Shown here: piece after piece, positions 51,246-60,127 of the stretch
How the letters are laid out: every line of letters starts with the position of its first letter
Position numbering within the stretch: position 1 is the first letter of the stretch
NCBI GenBank assembly: GCA_041640035.1
Contig: JBEQBC010000001.1
Location: forward strand, 160,001 to 224,000
Direction of reading: 5' to 3'
DNA length: 64,000 nucleotides
Source of the DNA: Candidatus Nanohaloarchaea archaeon
Lineage (GTDB): Archaea; Nanohalarchaeota; Nanosalinia; Nanosalinales; Nanosalinaceae
Translations under genes and position numbers: made by a program
The notes under the pieces: model-generated
Seen by the model: the letters and a program-made list of their open reading frames with translations, nothing else
Told to the model about the DNA's origin: nothing
Databases searched by the model: none

Positions 51246-52001
51246 TCATCCCTGTTTTCTGGCTTTGAAACCTACCATATCATCATATCCTGTCGTTGAC
51301 ATCAACACAGGGTAGAAATCTTCATCTGCCTTCAGCTTGTCTCCTGGTTTCTCGGCGTATGTTTCTCCTTTCTGTACTTTCTGGAAGTTCTCCTTCATGA
51401 ACTGATATCCGCTGCCCTGAACAGTCTCGTATATCCGGTACTTCTCAGGGTTCCTCTGTTTGACTTCTCCAGGAAGAACATCATTCGCCATCAGGAAGTT
51501 CTTCAGCACCGAGTAAGCGTTCCTGATCGTCTTTTCCGAACGCACATATCCACATTCAACAGCAATCCTATCACATCCGGGTATCTGATGACTGTAAGCT
51601 TCCTCGATGCTCACCGCTTTATCCACGCCAAGGTTCCTCAACTGTTTACTGGAGAAGTCCGAGCCTTCAGTCTCCAGTCCGAACGCCTCCGGATGTGAGA
51701 AAGAGGAGTGTATGTCCAAAACTTTCTTTCCTCTGATCTCTTCTTCGATTTTCCTGGCCAGTTCCTTTTCATGAGTGTCCTCTGAGTCTGTGCTCCAGAC
51801 ACGGTTGAGGTCGTCTTCCAGCTGGCTTCTACCCTTGCTGTATGCTTTCTCGTTCGCGAATACGAACTTGACAGGTTTCTGAACTTCAATGTCTCGATGC
51901 ATCAGTCTTTCTACTGCCAGTTTGCCGCATGGTTCGTTTCCGTGTACGCAGTACATGACCGCGTGTTCAGGTTCGCCTTCTCCCAGTTTCTTTACCTTCA
52001 T
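51246..52001 (-). CDS. Succinylglutamate desuccinylase/aspartoacylase (M14) family
   Basis: HGNE, DLNR, LDIHSS, VECG. Confidence 0.9.
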   Translation of the reverse strand: MKVKKLGEGEPEHAVMYCVHGNEPCGKLAVERLMHRDIEVQKPVKFVFANEKAYSKGRSQLEDDLNRVWSTDSEDTHEKELARKIEEEIRGKKVLDIHSSFSHPEAFGLETEGSDFSSKQLRNLGVDKAVSIEEAYSHQIPGCDRIAVECGYVRSEKTIRNAYSVLKNFLMANDVLPGEVKQRNPEKYRIYETVQGSGYQFMKENFQKVQKGETYAEKPGDKLKADEDFYPVLMSTTGYDDMVGFKARKQG

Positions 52002-53449
52002 TGTAACTCCCTCTCTGCATCGTATGCCGTCAGGTTTCTAGTCATGTAAGCTACCTGTCCGGCATCATCCAAGGCGTTTTCAAGCTCGGATAAAGCTACT
52101 TCTCTACCTGCTACTTCTTCGAATAGTTCCTGGTTACGGTCGTAGAACTGTTCTAGGCTTTCTACATCGAACTTCTCCGATCCACGGTTCACATTCAGGT
52201 TGTCATCGTCGTCTGAAACTCTCGCAATATATGAAGCAGTGTCTGGTTCTCCGTTGGATACTATCAGTGGTACGAAGTCGATTGGACCGCCGTCAGCTTC
52301 AACTATGTGGTATTTATCGCCGTCCATCTCTGTGGTTCCTGCAGCAGCTTGCTCCATTACTGCGTAATCCGTATCTCCACGGCTATAGAATCCCTCTTCT
52401 CCTACCAGGTCTATATCTCCTCTGTTTGATTTCTCTGAGACTCTGGCGGACTCACTGTCAATCATCACATCCACATAGTCCTGGATATTATCTGAAGCGT
52501 TTTGCCCGTCAAGAAGCGCTCTCCCGCTGTATTCTCCTTTCACGAACTGTCTCTGCACTGCGGTCTGAAAATCTTCGTAGTCGAATACGACGATGCTGTC
52601 TCCCCAGCTACCCATTGGATCAGTCTTCAGTACAACTGATTCTCCATCCTGGAAACTGTCCTGAACCATCTCGTAGATCTCTTCTCTGCTCTCCACTGTC
52701 TGTGCATCTACTGCCTGCGCCTGATCGAACCCCTGCACCACGGAGTTGGCTTTATCCATCAACGCGGGTTTCTGTGTCTCTTCAAGTCCGGAGTTCCATA
52801 CTGCTGTAGGAGCATTCACGATATTTCCTAATGCAGCCGGCTCAGAGATTCTTTCTGTAAGGTTTTCTCCTCGATCACTCAGATTGATACATCCATCAAC
52901 GGTTCTACCATCATACACAATCTCGCCCTCTATATCTTCGATGTTCCGTCCGCCGTATGTCAGATGAACAGTTTCTACACCTTCTGCATCAGGAATACCT
53001 GAGAGACCAGAGCTTCCATATTCGGCTCCTTTTGCAAGATTCAGTTTCTCCTCTATCAGCCATTCCTCGCTCAATCCAAGTTCTCTTATCTGACTGCTGA
53101 AACCGTCATCTTGAGGATCAGGTAGTTCCTCTGCTGTAACGAGGCCTTCATCGCCGGTGAAAGCGTATTCGGGCAGGTTTACAACTATCTCGCCGTTGAC
53201 CTGTTCAGTCAGTGCTTCTGCCACCTGGCCTGTGATATCCTCTTCTTGAAGGCTGCTGTGCTTCATCAGTCCTTCGGGGAACGCGTTGATATCTCCGACT
53301 ATGACGGCTTCGTATTGGTCCCTGTCCTCGTTGTATGCCAGTTTGGTGTCAGCGCTTGTCAGCGCCGAAGCCTCCAGATTTTCTGTTCTGGTTTCTGGTG
53401 CGTCCGGTTCCAGAGCTTCTTCAACGCCTTTCAGTTTTCCGGCGCTCAT
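51998..53449 (-). CDS. Divergent ATP-grasp (RimK-like) amide ligase
   Basis: MDK, VVLKTDPMGSWGDSIV, VMEQ, IARV...NVNRG; overlaps the M14 gene. Confidence 0.7.
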   Translation of the reverse strand: MSAGKLKGVEEALEPDAPETRTENLEASALTSADTKLAYNEDRDQYEAVIVGDINAFPEGLMKHSSLQEEDITGQVAEALTEQVNGEIVVNLPEYAFTGDEGLVTAEELPDPQDDGFSSQIRELGLSEEWLIEEKLNLAKGAEYGSSGLSGIPDAEGVETVHLTYGGRNIEDIEGEIVYDGRTVDGCINLSDRGENLTERISEPAALGNIVNAPTAVWNSGLEETQKPALMDKANSVVQGFDQAQAVDAQTVESREEIYEMVQDSFQDGESVVLKTDPMGSWGDSIVVFDYEDFQTAVQRQFVKGEYSGRALLDGQNASDNIQDYVDVMIDSESARVSEKSNRGDIDLVGEEGFYSRGDTDYAVMEQAAAGTTEMDGDKYHIVEADGGPIDFVPLIVSNGEPDTASYIARVSDDDDNLNVNRGSEKFDVESLEQFYDRNQELFEEVAGREVALSELENALDDAGQVAYMTRNLTAYDAERELQ

Positions 53450-53580
53450 AGAGCTCTGTACCTGCCTTTGTTTCCGTTAGAAGGTTTTGAATTGCGGCGT
53501 TGGGTTGCGTTTGCGTAGTTCTGTTTAATTGTTTGATCACCTTGTAGAAGTACGAGTAAGTCTATATTCGGAGACTTACT

Positions 53581-53658
53581 CTATTTCATAAACTCAAAGA
53601 AAAAGCTGAAGCTGCCACTAAAGTTCTGAATGTCAGATTCTTGGCAGCCTGTAGACAT
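53581..53658 (-). CDS. Phe-rich leader peptide MSTGCQESDIQNFSGSFSFFFEFMK
   Basis: ATG 24 nt after TTATTAAA; 6 Phe; perfect 10-bp hairpin 53554-53581 at the stop. Confidence 0.7.
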   Translation of the reverse strand: MSTGCQESDIQNFSGSFSFFFEFMK

Positions 53659-53770
53659 ACTCCAAAATAGTGGTGTCTGTTCTTTAATAATTTACCCTGC
53701 GTAGAAAGTTCTCATCTATGCCGTGCAGAAGGGAAATAAAAGGGAGAGAAAGAGATGTGGAGAGTACTTT

Positions 53771-54877
53771 TTATACATTCGCGTCCTTGAGATCTGGTTT
53801 CTCGTCGATACGCGGTATATCAAGTGAGCTCTTGATCTTTCTGAACTTCTGGTGGTCGTTGCTTTCCAGAAGTGTGATTGCTTCTCCTTCTCGTCCCTGT
53901 CTTCCGGCTCGACCGATTCTATGTGTGTATGTGTCGGCTGTATCCGGTACATCGTAGTTGAATACATGTGTTACTCGGTCTACATCGATTCCTCTTGCTG
54001 CTACATCTGTTGCCACGATTACTTTGATATCGCCGTTTTCGAACTTCTCCAGTGTATCTTCTCTCTGGTTCTGGCTCATGTCGCCGTTCAGTTCCTGTGC
54101 ATCGATACTGTTTTTCCTTAGTTTGTCGGCCAACCATCGTGTAGTGTTCTTGGTCTGGCAGAAAACTATTGCGAGATCTCTGTCCTTCTCTTCGAGGAAG
54201 GTGTAGAGGTAGGAGAGCTTGTTATTGTTCTTCACATTAACATACTTCTCCTCAAGCTCTGCGGTGTGCTCTCCAGGTTCAATCCTGATGATCTCCGGAT
54301 CGATATCGTAACGGTCGCACATCTTCGTCAAAGCCTTCGGAATCGTTGCTCCGAACAAGAGATTCTGTCTTTCTTCCGGCAGGAAGCTGATGATTGATTC
54401 CAGTTCGTCCTGGAATCCCATGTCGAGCATCCGGTCTGCTTCGTCAAGTACAAAGTACTCTAGGTTTTCTACATCGATCTTTCCTTTCTGCAGAAGGTCG
54501 AGTACCCGTCCTGGTGTTCCGACTACGATGTTTGCGGTCTTTGCGCCTTCGATCTGTGGTTCATATGAAACTCCTCCGTAGATTGTTACTGCGTCAATCT
54601 GTGAGGATGCCATTTCGATCTCTGCTGTGATCTGTTTGGCTAGTTCTCTTGTTGGTGAGAGGACGAGTGCTTTGGTTTCGTCGCCTTCCAGTTGTTCGAT
54701 TATTGGTAGTGAGAAGGCTAGTGTTTTTCCTGATCCGGTCTCTGATTCGACCAGCAGGTCTTTGCCTTCGAAAACTTTTGGTATTGCTTTTTCCTGTACT
54801 TCTGTAGCTTCTGTGATGCCTTCTTTTTCAAGTCGCTGAACGGTGTGTTGTGAAATATCTAGTTCTGAGAAATTCAT
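53771..54877 (-). CDS. DEAD-box RNA helicase
   Basis: Q motif, ETGSGKT, PTRELA, DEAD, ARGID, HRIGRAGR. Confidence 0.95.
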   Translation of the reverse strand: MNFSELDISQHTVQRLEKEGITEATEVQEKAIPKVFEGKDLLVESETGSGKTLAFSLPIIEQLEGDETKALVLSPTRELAKQITAEIEMASSQIDAVTIYGGVSYEPQIEGAKTANIVVGTPGRVLDLLQKGKIDVENLEYFVLDEADRMLDMGFQDELESIISFLPEERQNLLFGATIPKALTKMCDRYDIDPEIIRIEPGEHTAELEEKYVNVKNNNKLSYLYTFLEEKDRDLAIVFCQTKNTTRWLADKLRKNSIDAQELNGDMSQNQREDTLEKFENGDIKVIVATDVAARGIDVDRVTHVFNYDVPDTADTYTHRIGRAGRQGREGEAITLLESNDHQKFRKIKSSLDIPRIDEKPDLKDANV

Positions 54878-54966
54878 GCTGTAATTCAAACTCGTTATAA
54901 AAAGAATATGGTGGGGGAAGGCTTTTAGAACTGACCGCAGATAGAAATCGTTTCTGATTCTGGGAA

Positions 54967-56088
54967 CTAGCTGTTTTTAACGGCCAGACGCTTGCTTATC
55001 CCGTAATAAGCGTTTCTCAATTTCTTCAGGGTCTCTACCTCACACATCTCGTTCTCCCCATGAACTGTTTTTTGATTGGTTCCCAGTTCTATGAACGGAG
55101 TATCCTTTTCTGCGAAGAATCTTCCGTCGCTGGCTCCTCCGTCAGTAATCTCATCAGGACGGTTTTCACGAACTTCCTTCAATGTTTCTATAGATGCCTC
55201 TCTGAAATCAGGGTCCTGAAGCTCGAAAGCACCGCCGTGATCCTGTTCGACTTCTACTCTGAAACCGCACTCTATTCCTTCTAAAGCGTTTTCAACATCT
55301 TCCACGATTTGTTCGATGCTCTGGGATGGCAGGTACCGTATATCCATTCCGATCTCCAGTTCTCCAGGAACGCTGTTATAGGTCTGAGTTGTTTCTATCC
55401 GTGTTACTTCCTTGCTTGGGTCCGGTAGAGTACCTTTATTCTCGAATGTAAGCTCCATATTGTTTAAACGATCCAGTACCTCTGGTAGCTCCTCCATAAG
55501 ATGGATTTCCGCCAGATTTGCTCTACTGGCATGTATTCCCTCTCCTTCTAGCTGGATGTTCAGCCAGACCACTCCGCGTGTACCGACCTGTACATTCATA
55601 TCGGTGGCTTCACCGACAATCGCATAGTCGAAGCCGTCTCCTTCACTGTAGTATTCATCTACAAGTGGTTGAGAGCCTTTGAAACCACCGATTTCTTCGT
55701 CTCCAACAGCCATGAGAACTGCTCTTCCGTTGAACTCACTGTCCCTGTGGAGGTCGATAAATGCTTTGACCTGTGCTGCGAGTGCTGCTTTCATGTCGGC
55801 TGCGCCTCTTCCGTACAGTTTTCCGTCCTCGATTACAGGGTCAAAAGGTTCTGTGACGCTCCATTGACCTTCTGGTTCTACTACATCAAGGTGTCCGTTG
55901 AGGCAGATGCTTGGTCCTTCGTCTCCTGTCTCTGCTGTCAGGTTGTATACTCCGTCGATTTCGTGTATCTCTGCCTGTATGCCGTGTTCTTCTAGCAGTC
56001 CTTTCAGGTACTGGAATATTTCAGGGTTTTCAACCGGTGAAACGGTTTCGTACTTCATAAGTTCCATTGCTATTTCTTCTGTCTTCAT
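54967..56088 (-). CDS. M20 metallopeptidase (ArgE/DapE-like)
   Basis: NGHLDVV, YGRGAADMK, DEEIGG, SDGRF, VHGENE. Confidence 0.92.
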   Translation of the reverse strand: MKTEEIAMELMKYETVSPVENPEIFQYLKGLLEEHGIQAEIHEIDGVYNLTAETGDEGPSICLNGHLDVVEPEGQWSVTEPFDPVIEDGKLYGRGAADMKAALAAQVKAFIDLHRDSEFNGRAVLMAVGDEEIGGFKGSQPLVDEYYSEGDGFDYAIVGEATDMNVQVGTRGVVWLNIQLEGEGIHASRANLAEIHLMEELPEVLDRLNNMELTFENKGTLPDPSKEVTRIETTQTYNSVPGELEIGMDIRYLPSQSIEQIVEDVENALEGIECGFRVEVEQDHGGAFELQDPDFREASIETLKEVRENRPDEITDGGASDGRFFAEKDTPFIELGTNQKTVHGENEMCEVETLKKLRNAYYGISKRLAVKNS

Positions 56089-56090
56089 CC

Positions 56091-57992
56091 TTAGTCTGCA
56101 CCTACTGAATTTGTGCGTTTGTTGTCTTCGAATCCTGCATGTGGATTTGTTGATGTGGCTTGTTTTTCAATTTTCTCTGCCTCAGTTCCTTCATCAACAT
56201 AGTTAAGCATCTCTTCACGGTATGTATCGGTAAACCAGTCAACAAACTGGCTGTATTCATCTTCAAATTCGTCAACACTGTATGTGCCGGGTTCAAGATC
56301 TTTTTCATCGTACAGCTGAGCGGTGTAATCCGCAAAATCGGATAAATCATCGAACTGGCTATCCAAGTATCCTTCAAAGCTGTCATAATGATCTAGATCG
56401 TCAAGAACAAGTTCAGCAGAGAAAGGAAGTTCGCCGCTGAAAGATTCTCTGACTCCCTCCGCAAGAATATCCACAAGCTCGTTCTCATAAACTGCGTCTA
56501 GATCAGCACCACTTGGAAGCTCTGCATCAAGCCCGTTTCTCTTCGCGTCTTCACGGAACTCCAACGCGTTTTCTGTCTCCAAGCCGTGTTCATGGAATAG
56601 TTCCTGAACCTGATCGTAGACATTTATCAGGCTTTTCTGGGTTAGAAGCGCTTCATGGCTTCTCGGACTGTTGCTGAATGAACGGAACTCGATTATCCCA
56701 TCGTTCTTCGGAGCGATATCAGGTCTGACAAAGGTATTATGGTATGTAAAGTATCCTGCCTCATCTTCAGTTCCAAGGCCTGCTACTTCCAGGAATTCTT
56801 CGGTTGAGAGATCTGAGTGATCGACCTTGACAGGTTTCATCACTTCTTCGCCGTCTTCCTCTACCAGTATCTCTCCAAGGTACTGCTGATCCTCAGCGAA
56901 CTGTTCGAAGGTGACTACTGACTCCTCTATTCCGGAGAGCCCAGGCATCACCCAGGTTGATTCCATTCCGTACTCTTCATCTACAGTTCCCTCTGGCTGG
57001 TGTGTTTCTTCATCCAGAACCTGTATCTCTGATCCGTCAACTTCGGGAGAGAGGATCATCGGCCGTTCCATAACCATCTCTATATAGTCCTCGTGGTCTT
57101 CTACATCGGATAGATCCTCTATATTTCCGTAGTTCTCGTTGGTAGGTAGTGCTTCGTCAAGTACATCGCCCCAGCGCTCTGTTCCGTTCCGCAGAGCTGC
57201 TGGAGAATTGGAGACAAACAGGTCATATATCAGGTCTCTTCCGCCTTCAGCAACTGCCTCATACAGTCCGTCTTCGTCCTCTTCTAGTACAGGGTCGTTG
57301 GAGAATAGTGTGTCTACCCCGGGTATTACATCGAGCATTCCTGGTTTTTCTCCGCCGTTAAAGAAGCTGTGGAAGAATTCCTCTATCTCCTGCTCTTCTC
57401 CTACAGGTGTACCAGTGTTGAGCTGTGTTGCTGCAGGCCAGCCCATAGCATCGAACAGTTCTCCGTGTCTGCTTCTCAAGCCGGTGTAACGCGGCTTTGG
57501 TCTTCTGTTCCTGTCAGCTTCACCTTCAGTGGCGAACTCCCTCATCAGACCGTTTTCGTATGCTTCATGTCCTTCTGGCAGGTTCCGGTCCCTCATCTGT
57601 GAGAGGTGTTCCATCCGGAACATCATATCTGACGGGTTCTGGAATACTTCAGTTGCTATCTCGCTCTGAGCCGGGTGGTAGTCCGTATCGATTTCCGCTG
57701 AGAAATCTTTGTGTTCTTTGAAGTTATCGTCTTCTACGCTGACGCCGAGCATTTTTTTCTCTCCGTTGATTTCCTCAGTCTCAGGTTCGGCGTCTTCGTT
57801 TGCAATTAAGTTTTGGAACGCTTCTACTGCTTCTTCGTTGTCGATCAGTCCGTCTTCTTTTCTGATGATGTCTTCTTTTTCTGCTCCGACATTTGCTTGG
57901 CTGTTTTCTGTAAAGTTTTCATCCCAGAGTGTTCCCAGTGATTCTACTAACTGGTTCTGAGTACTTTTGCTTTTTTGCTGGCTTGCTGACAT
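56091..57992 (-). CDS. Divergent glutamate-cysteine ligase-like (COOH-NH2 ligase) protein
   Basis: VGAEKE, QSEIAT, AATQLN, HNTFVRPD...IEFRSFS. Confidence 0.7.
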   Translation of the reverse strand: MSASQQKSKSTQNQLVESLGTLWDENFTENSQANVGAEKEDIIRKEDGLIDNEEAVEAFQNLIANEDAEPETEEINGEKKMLGVSVEDDNFKEHKDFSAEIDTDYHPAQSEIATEVFQNPSDMMFRMEHLSQMRDRNLPEGHEAYENGLMREFATEGEADRNRRPKPRYTGLRSRHGELFDAMGWPAATQLNTGTPVGEEQEIEEFFHSFFNGGEKPGMLDVIPGVDTLFSNDPVLEEDEDGLYEAVAEGGRDLIYDLFVSNSPAALRNGTERWGDVLDEALPTNENYGNIEDLSDVEDHEDYIEMVMERPMILSPEVDGSEIQVLDEETHQPEGTVDEEYGMESTWVMPGLSGIEESVVTFEQFAEDQQYLGEILVEEDGEEVMKPVKVDHSDLSTEEFLEVAGLGTEDEAGYFTYHNTFVRPDIAPKNDGIIEFRSFSNSPRSHEALLTQKSLINVYDQVQELFHEHGLETENALEFREDAKRNGLDAELPSGADLDAVYENELVDILAEGVRESFSGELPFSAELVLDDLDHYDSFEGYLDSQFDDLSDFADYTAQLYDEKDLEPGTYSVDEFEDEYSQFVDWFTDTYREEMLNYVDEGTEAEKIEKQATSTNPHAGFEDNKRTNSVGAD

Positions 57993-58125
57993 TCTAGTTT
58001 GTTTCCACCTTGTTGTTGGTTGTGTTCTTGGTGGAATGCAGAAACAGAGACTGTTTATTTTACCAAACAGTTCTTCGAGGTCCCGTCCCCGTTTCTACAT
58101 TCCGATCTGTAGGGAAGGACCTCGG

Positions 58126-58218
58126 TCATACAATAATTGAGATAATAATGATAGCGATAAGGCTAACCAAACCTGCTGAACCAGTACTTTCTGTCTCTTG
58201 GTTAGCCGTTAAAGACAT
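58126..58218 (-). CDS. Ile/Leu/Val-rich leader peptide MSLTANQETESTGSAGLVSLIAIIIISIIV
   Basis: Downstream of TTTAAAACCGTT; 7 Ile in last 10 aa; hairpin 58076-58124 follows the stop; alternative ATG 58230. Confidence 0.7.
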   Translation of the reverse strand: MSLTANQETESTGSAGLVSLIAIIIISIIV

Positions 58219-58282
58219 GTTTACAAACATTCCTTGTTGCCAAACGGTTTTAAAGGTACTCTAGGCCCCGGATGGTTGTACC

Positions 58283-60013
58283 TCAAACTACTCTCGGACT
58301 AAGTTCCTCCTGAACTTCCGGCGAACCTGAAAGGCGTTCCTCTACATATTCTGCGAAGCCATCCGCGTACTCCGGAGCCATTGCTTCCGCAGTCGCCATC
58401 ACATCATCATCGTAGACCTCTCTGAATACTTCTCCCCAGACCTCTTCATCATCGTAGTCTGGAACTGTTTCGGGATTCGATGGGTCGATACCTTGCTGTT
58501 CCATTGCTTCACGGATCTTATCGCCGTGAGGCATTATCGCAGCTTTCGCGAGTGCTACGCTTGGTTCGTCTTCATAGTTCTGACGGGAGTTTCTGTACTC
58601 GAATCCTCCGGTCTGGAATTTGGGTCTTACATCGTGGTGTAGTCCGCCGATGTGTTGTTCCGAAAAGTTGCCCTTATGATACTCCTTGAGCTCGTCTTCG
58701 CTCATACCTGTTAGATCGACCGTTCCACGGACTCGTTTCAATCCGTCCTCTCCATCTGTGACTATCTTGGTGAAATCTACTTCGCCGTCCTCGATATACT
58801 CTCTCGGCGTCTTTGGATTTTCAGGATCGACTGTCAGCATAGCCACACTTTCATAGTCAAAGTCTTCAGGTACATCGTCCTTGAACTCGACATGTTCTCT
58901 GTCAGGTTTGGCTATCCAAGCCATGTGGTGGCCGGTCATGTACTCATCTACCATTCCTTGGAAGGCATCTCCGTCACTGTCCATAATCGAATCGATGACA
59001 TTCCATGGTGTACCGGTTCTATCAAGCGCTGCCTCATCTACATCGGCATCATCGAGGAAGTGCTGACCATATGCACTGTTCTCCCAGTAGTCCTGGTTAA
59101 CACCGGTTTCCGGCTGTCCCTCATCTTCCTCGCTGTAAACATTAGAGGTCAATACATCGAAAGCTCCTTCAAACACTATCCGGTAAGCCATCTCTTCAGA
59201 CATGCGTTCGTCTACATCGATTTCTCCGTCATCGCTCCAGAGACCGGATGTGAGCTGTGTGGATCCTCCGAACATGTTCTCCATTATCTGAGGTCCGAAG
59301 ATCGTACTGATGTAATCGGCACAGTACTCCACAGAGCTGAAATGATCGTAAAACTCCTCTGAGAACTCTACAGCTTCATCTCGTCCGTATTCGTCTCCTA
59401 AGCCACGCTTGACAACTTCACGGTCACCGATCTCGTCAGGTGTCCTCTCCGGTTCACGGAATTGACGGGTTAAACCTTGATCTGCGAATTCAAGGTCGGG
59501 GTGGTTCTCCTGTATGTATTTTCTCGTTCCTTCTCTCAGGCTTTTCAGTACATCAAGAAGTGTTCCGAAGTTTCCGGAGCCGTCTATCTGGAAGGCACCT
59601 GAGTCTATCTCGATCTGAGGTCCGATCTCCCAGTCTGCTGCTGGAGCACCGATAACCTGATCTGACTCCTGACTTTCTTCAACCTCTATCTCTGCTGGTC
59701 TATCCTCGAAATGACCTTTTTCCTTAACGCCCTTGAGTTCGAAGCTGAATTCTTCTCCGTAGCCGTCTACATTCTCTTCGAGTTCTTCCTCGATGCTCTC
59801 CCAAAGTCCTTCGCTGATTATATCCTGATAATCTGGGGCTAACGGCATAACACCGTCTTCTTCTCTGACTATCGGGTTCTCGCTCTCCACGCCCATGCCG
59901 GTTGGCCCGACATTTTCCTCATAGTTGTCCTTGAATTCCTCTGTGAACTCTTCTACGATTTCATCGTAGTCAAGTTCTGCGGCAGCGGTGGAGGTTTCGC
60001 CTGTTGCTGACAT
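58283..60013 (-). CDS. Divergent glutamate-cysteine ligase-like (COOH-NH2 ligase) protein
   Basis: GMGVESE, EIGPQIEIDS, GSTQLT, HHDVRPK...FEYRNS; GGAGGT SD. Confidence 0.68.
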   Translation of the reverse strand: MSATGETSTAAAELDYDEIVEEFTEEFKDNYEENVGPTGMGVESENPIVREEDGVMPLAPDYQDIISEGLWESIEEELEENVDGYGEEFSFELKGVKEKGHFEDRPAEIEVEESQESDQVIGAPAADWEIGPQIEIDSGAFQIDGSGNFGTLLDVLKSLREGTRKYIQENHPDLEFADQGLTRQFREPERTPDEIGDREVVKRGLGDEYGRDEAVEFSEEFYDHFSSVEYCADYISTIFGPQIMENMFGGSTQLTSGLWSDDGEIDVDERMSEEMAYRIVFEGAFDVLTSNVYSEEDEGQPETGVNQDYWENSAYGQHFLDDADVDEAALDRTGTPWNVIDSIMDSDGDAFQGMVDEYMTGHHMAWIAKPDREHVEFKDDVPEDFDYESVAMLTVDPENPKTPREYIEDGEVDFTKIVTDGEDGLKRVRGTVDLTGMSEDELKEYHKGNFSEQHIGGLHHDVRPKFQTGGFEYRNSRQNYEDEPSVALAKAAIMPHGDKIREAMEQQGIDPSNPETVPDYDDEEVWGEVFREVYDDDVMATAEAMAPEYADGFAEYVEERLSGSPEVQEELSPRVV

Positions 60014-60061
60014 CAGGAAGACCTCCGAGAAACAGTTGAATTATTGATTTTAGAAATAGTT

Positions 60062-60127
60062 TTAGAACTGTCCGTAGATGTGGATCTCGTCCTGCAGAAC
60101 GCGTCCACCTGTGATTGCTACTGACAT
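60062..60127 (-). CDS. Leader peptide MSVAITGGRVLQDEIHIYGQF
   Basis: ATG 25 nt after TTTAAAA; shares GGTGGACGCGTTC with ProRS uORF2. Confidence 0.6.
   Translation of the reverse strand: MSVAITGGRVLQDEIHIYGQF

Noticed and set aside
51042-58125. Stop read-through into the downstream gene for the Tyr/Phe and Ile leaders
   Set aside because: Both frames hit another stop well before the enzyme start (after 11 and 21 sense codons); ProRS uORF2 does likewise
48800-60013. Cognate amino-acid depletion in enzymes behind the Phe, Tyr and Ile leaders
   Set aside because: These proteins contain ordinary numbers of Phe, Tyr and Ile; depletion is seen only in the ProRS
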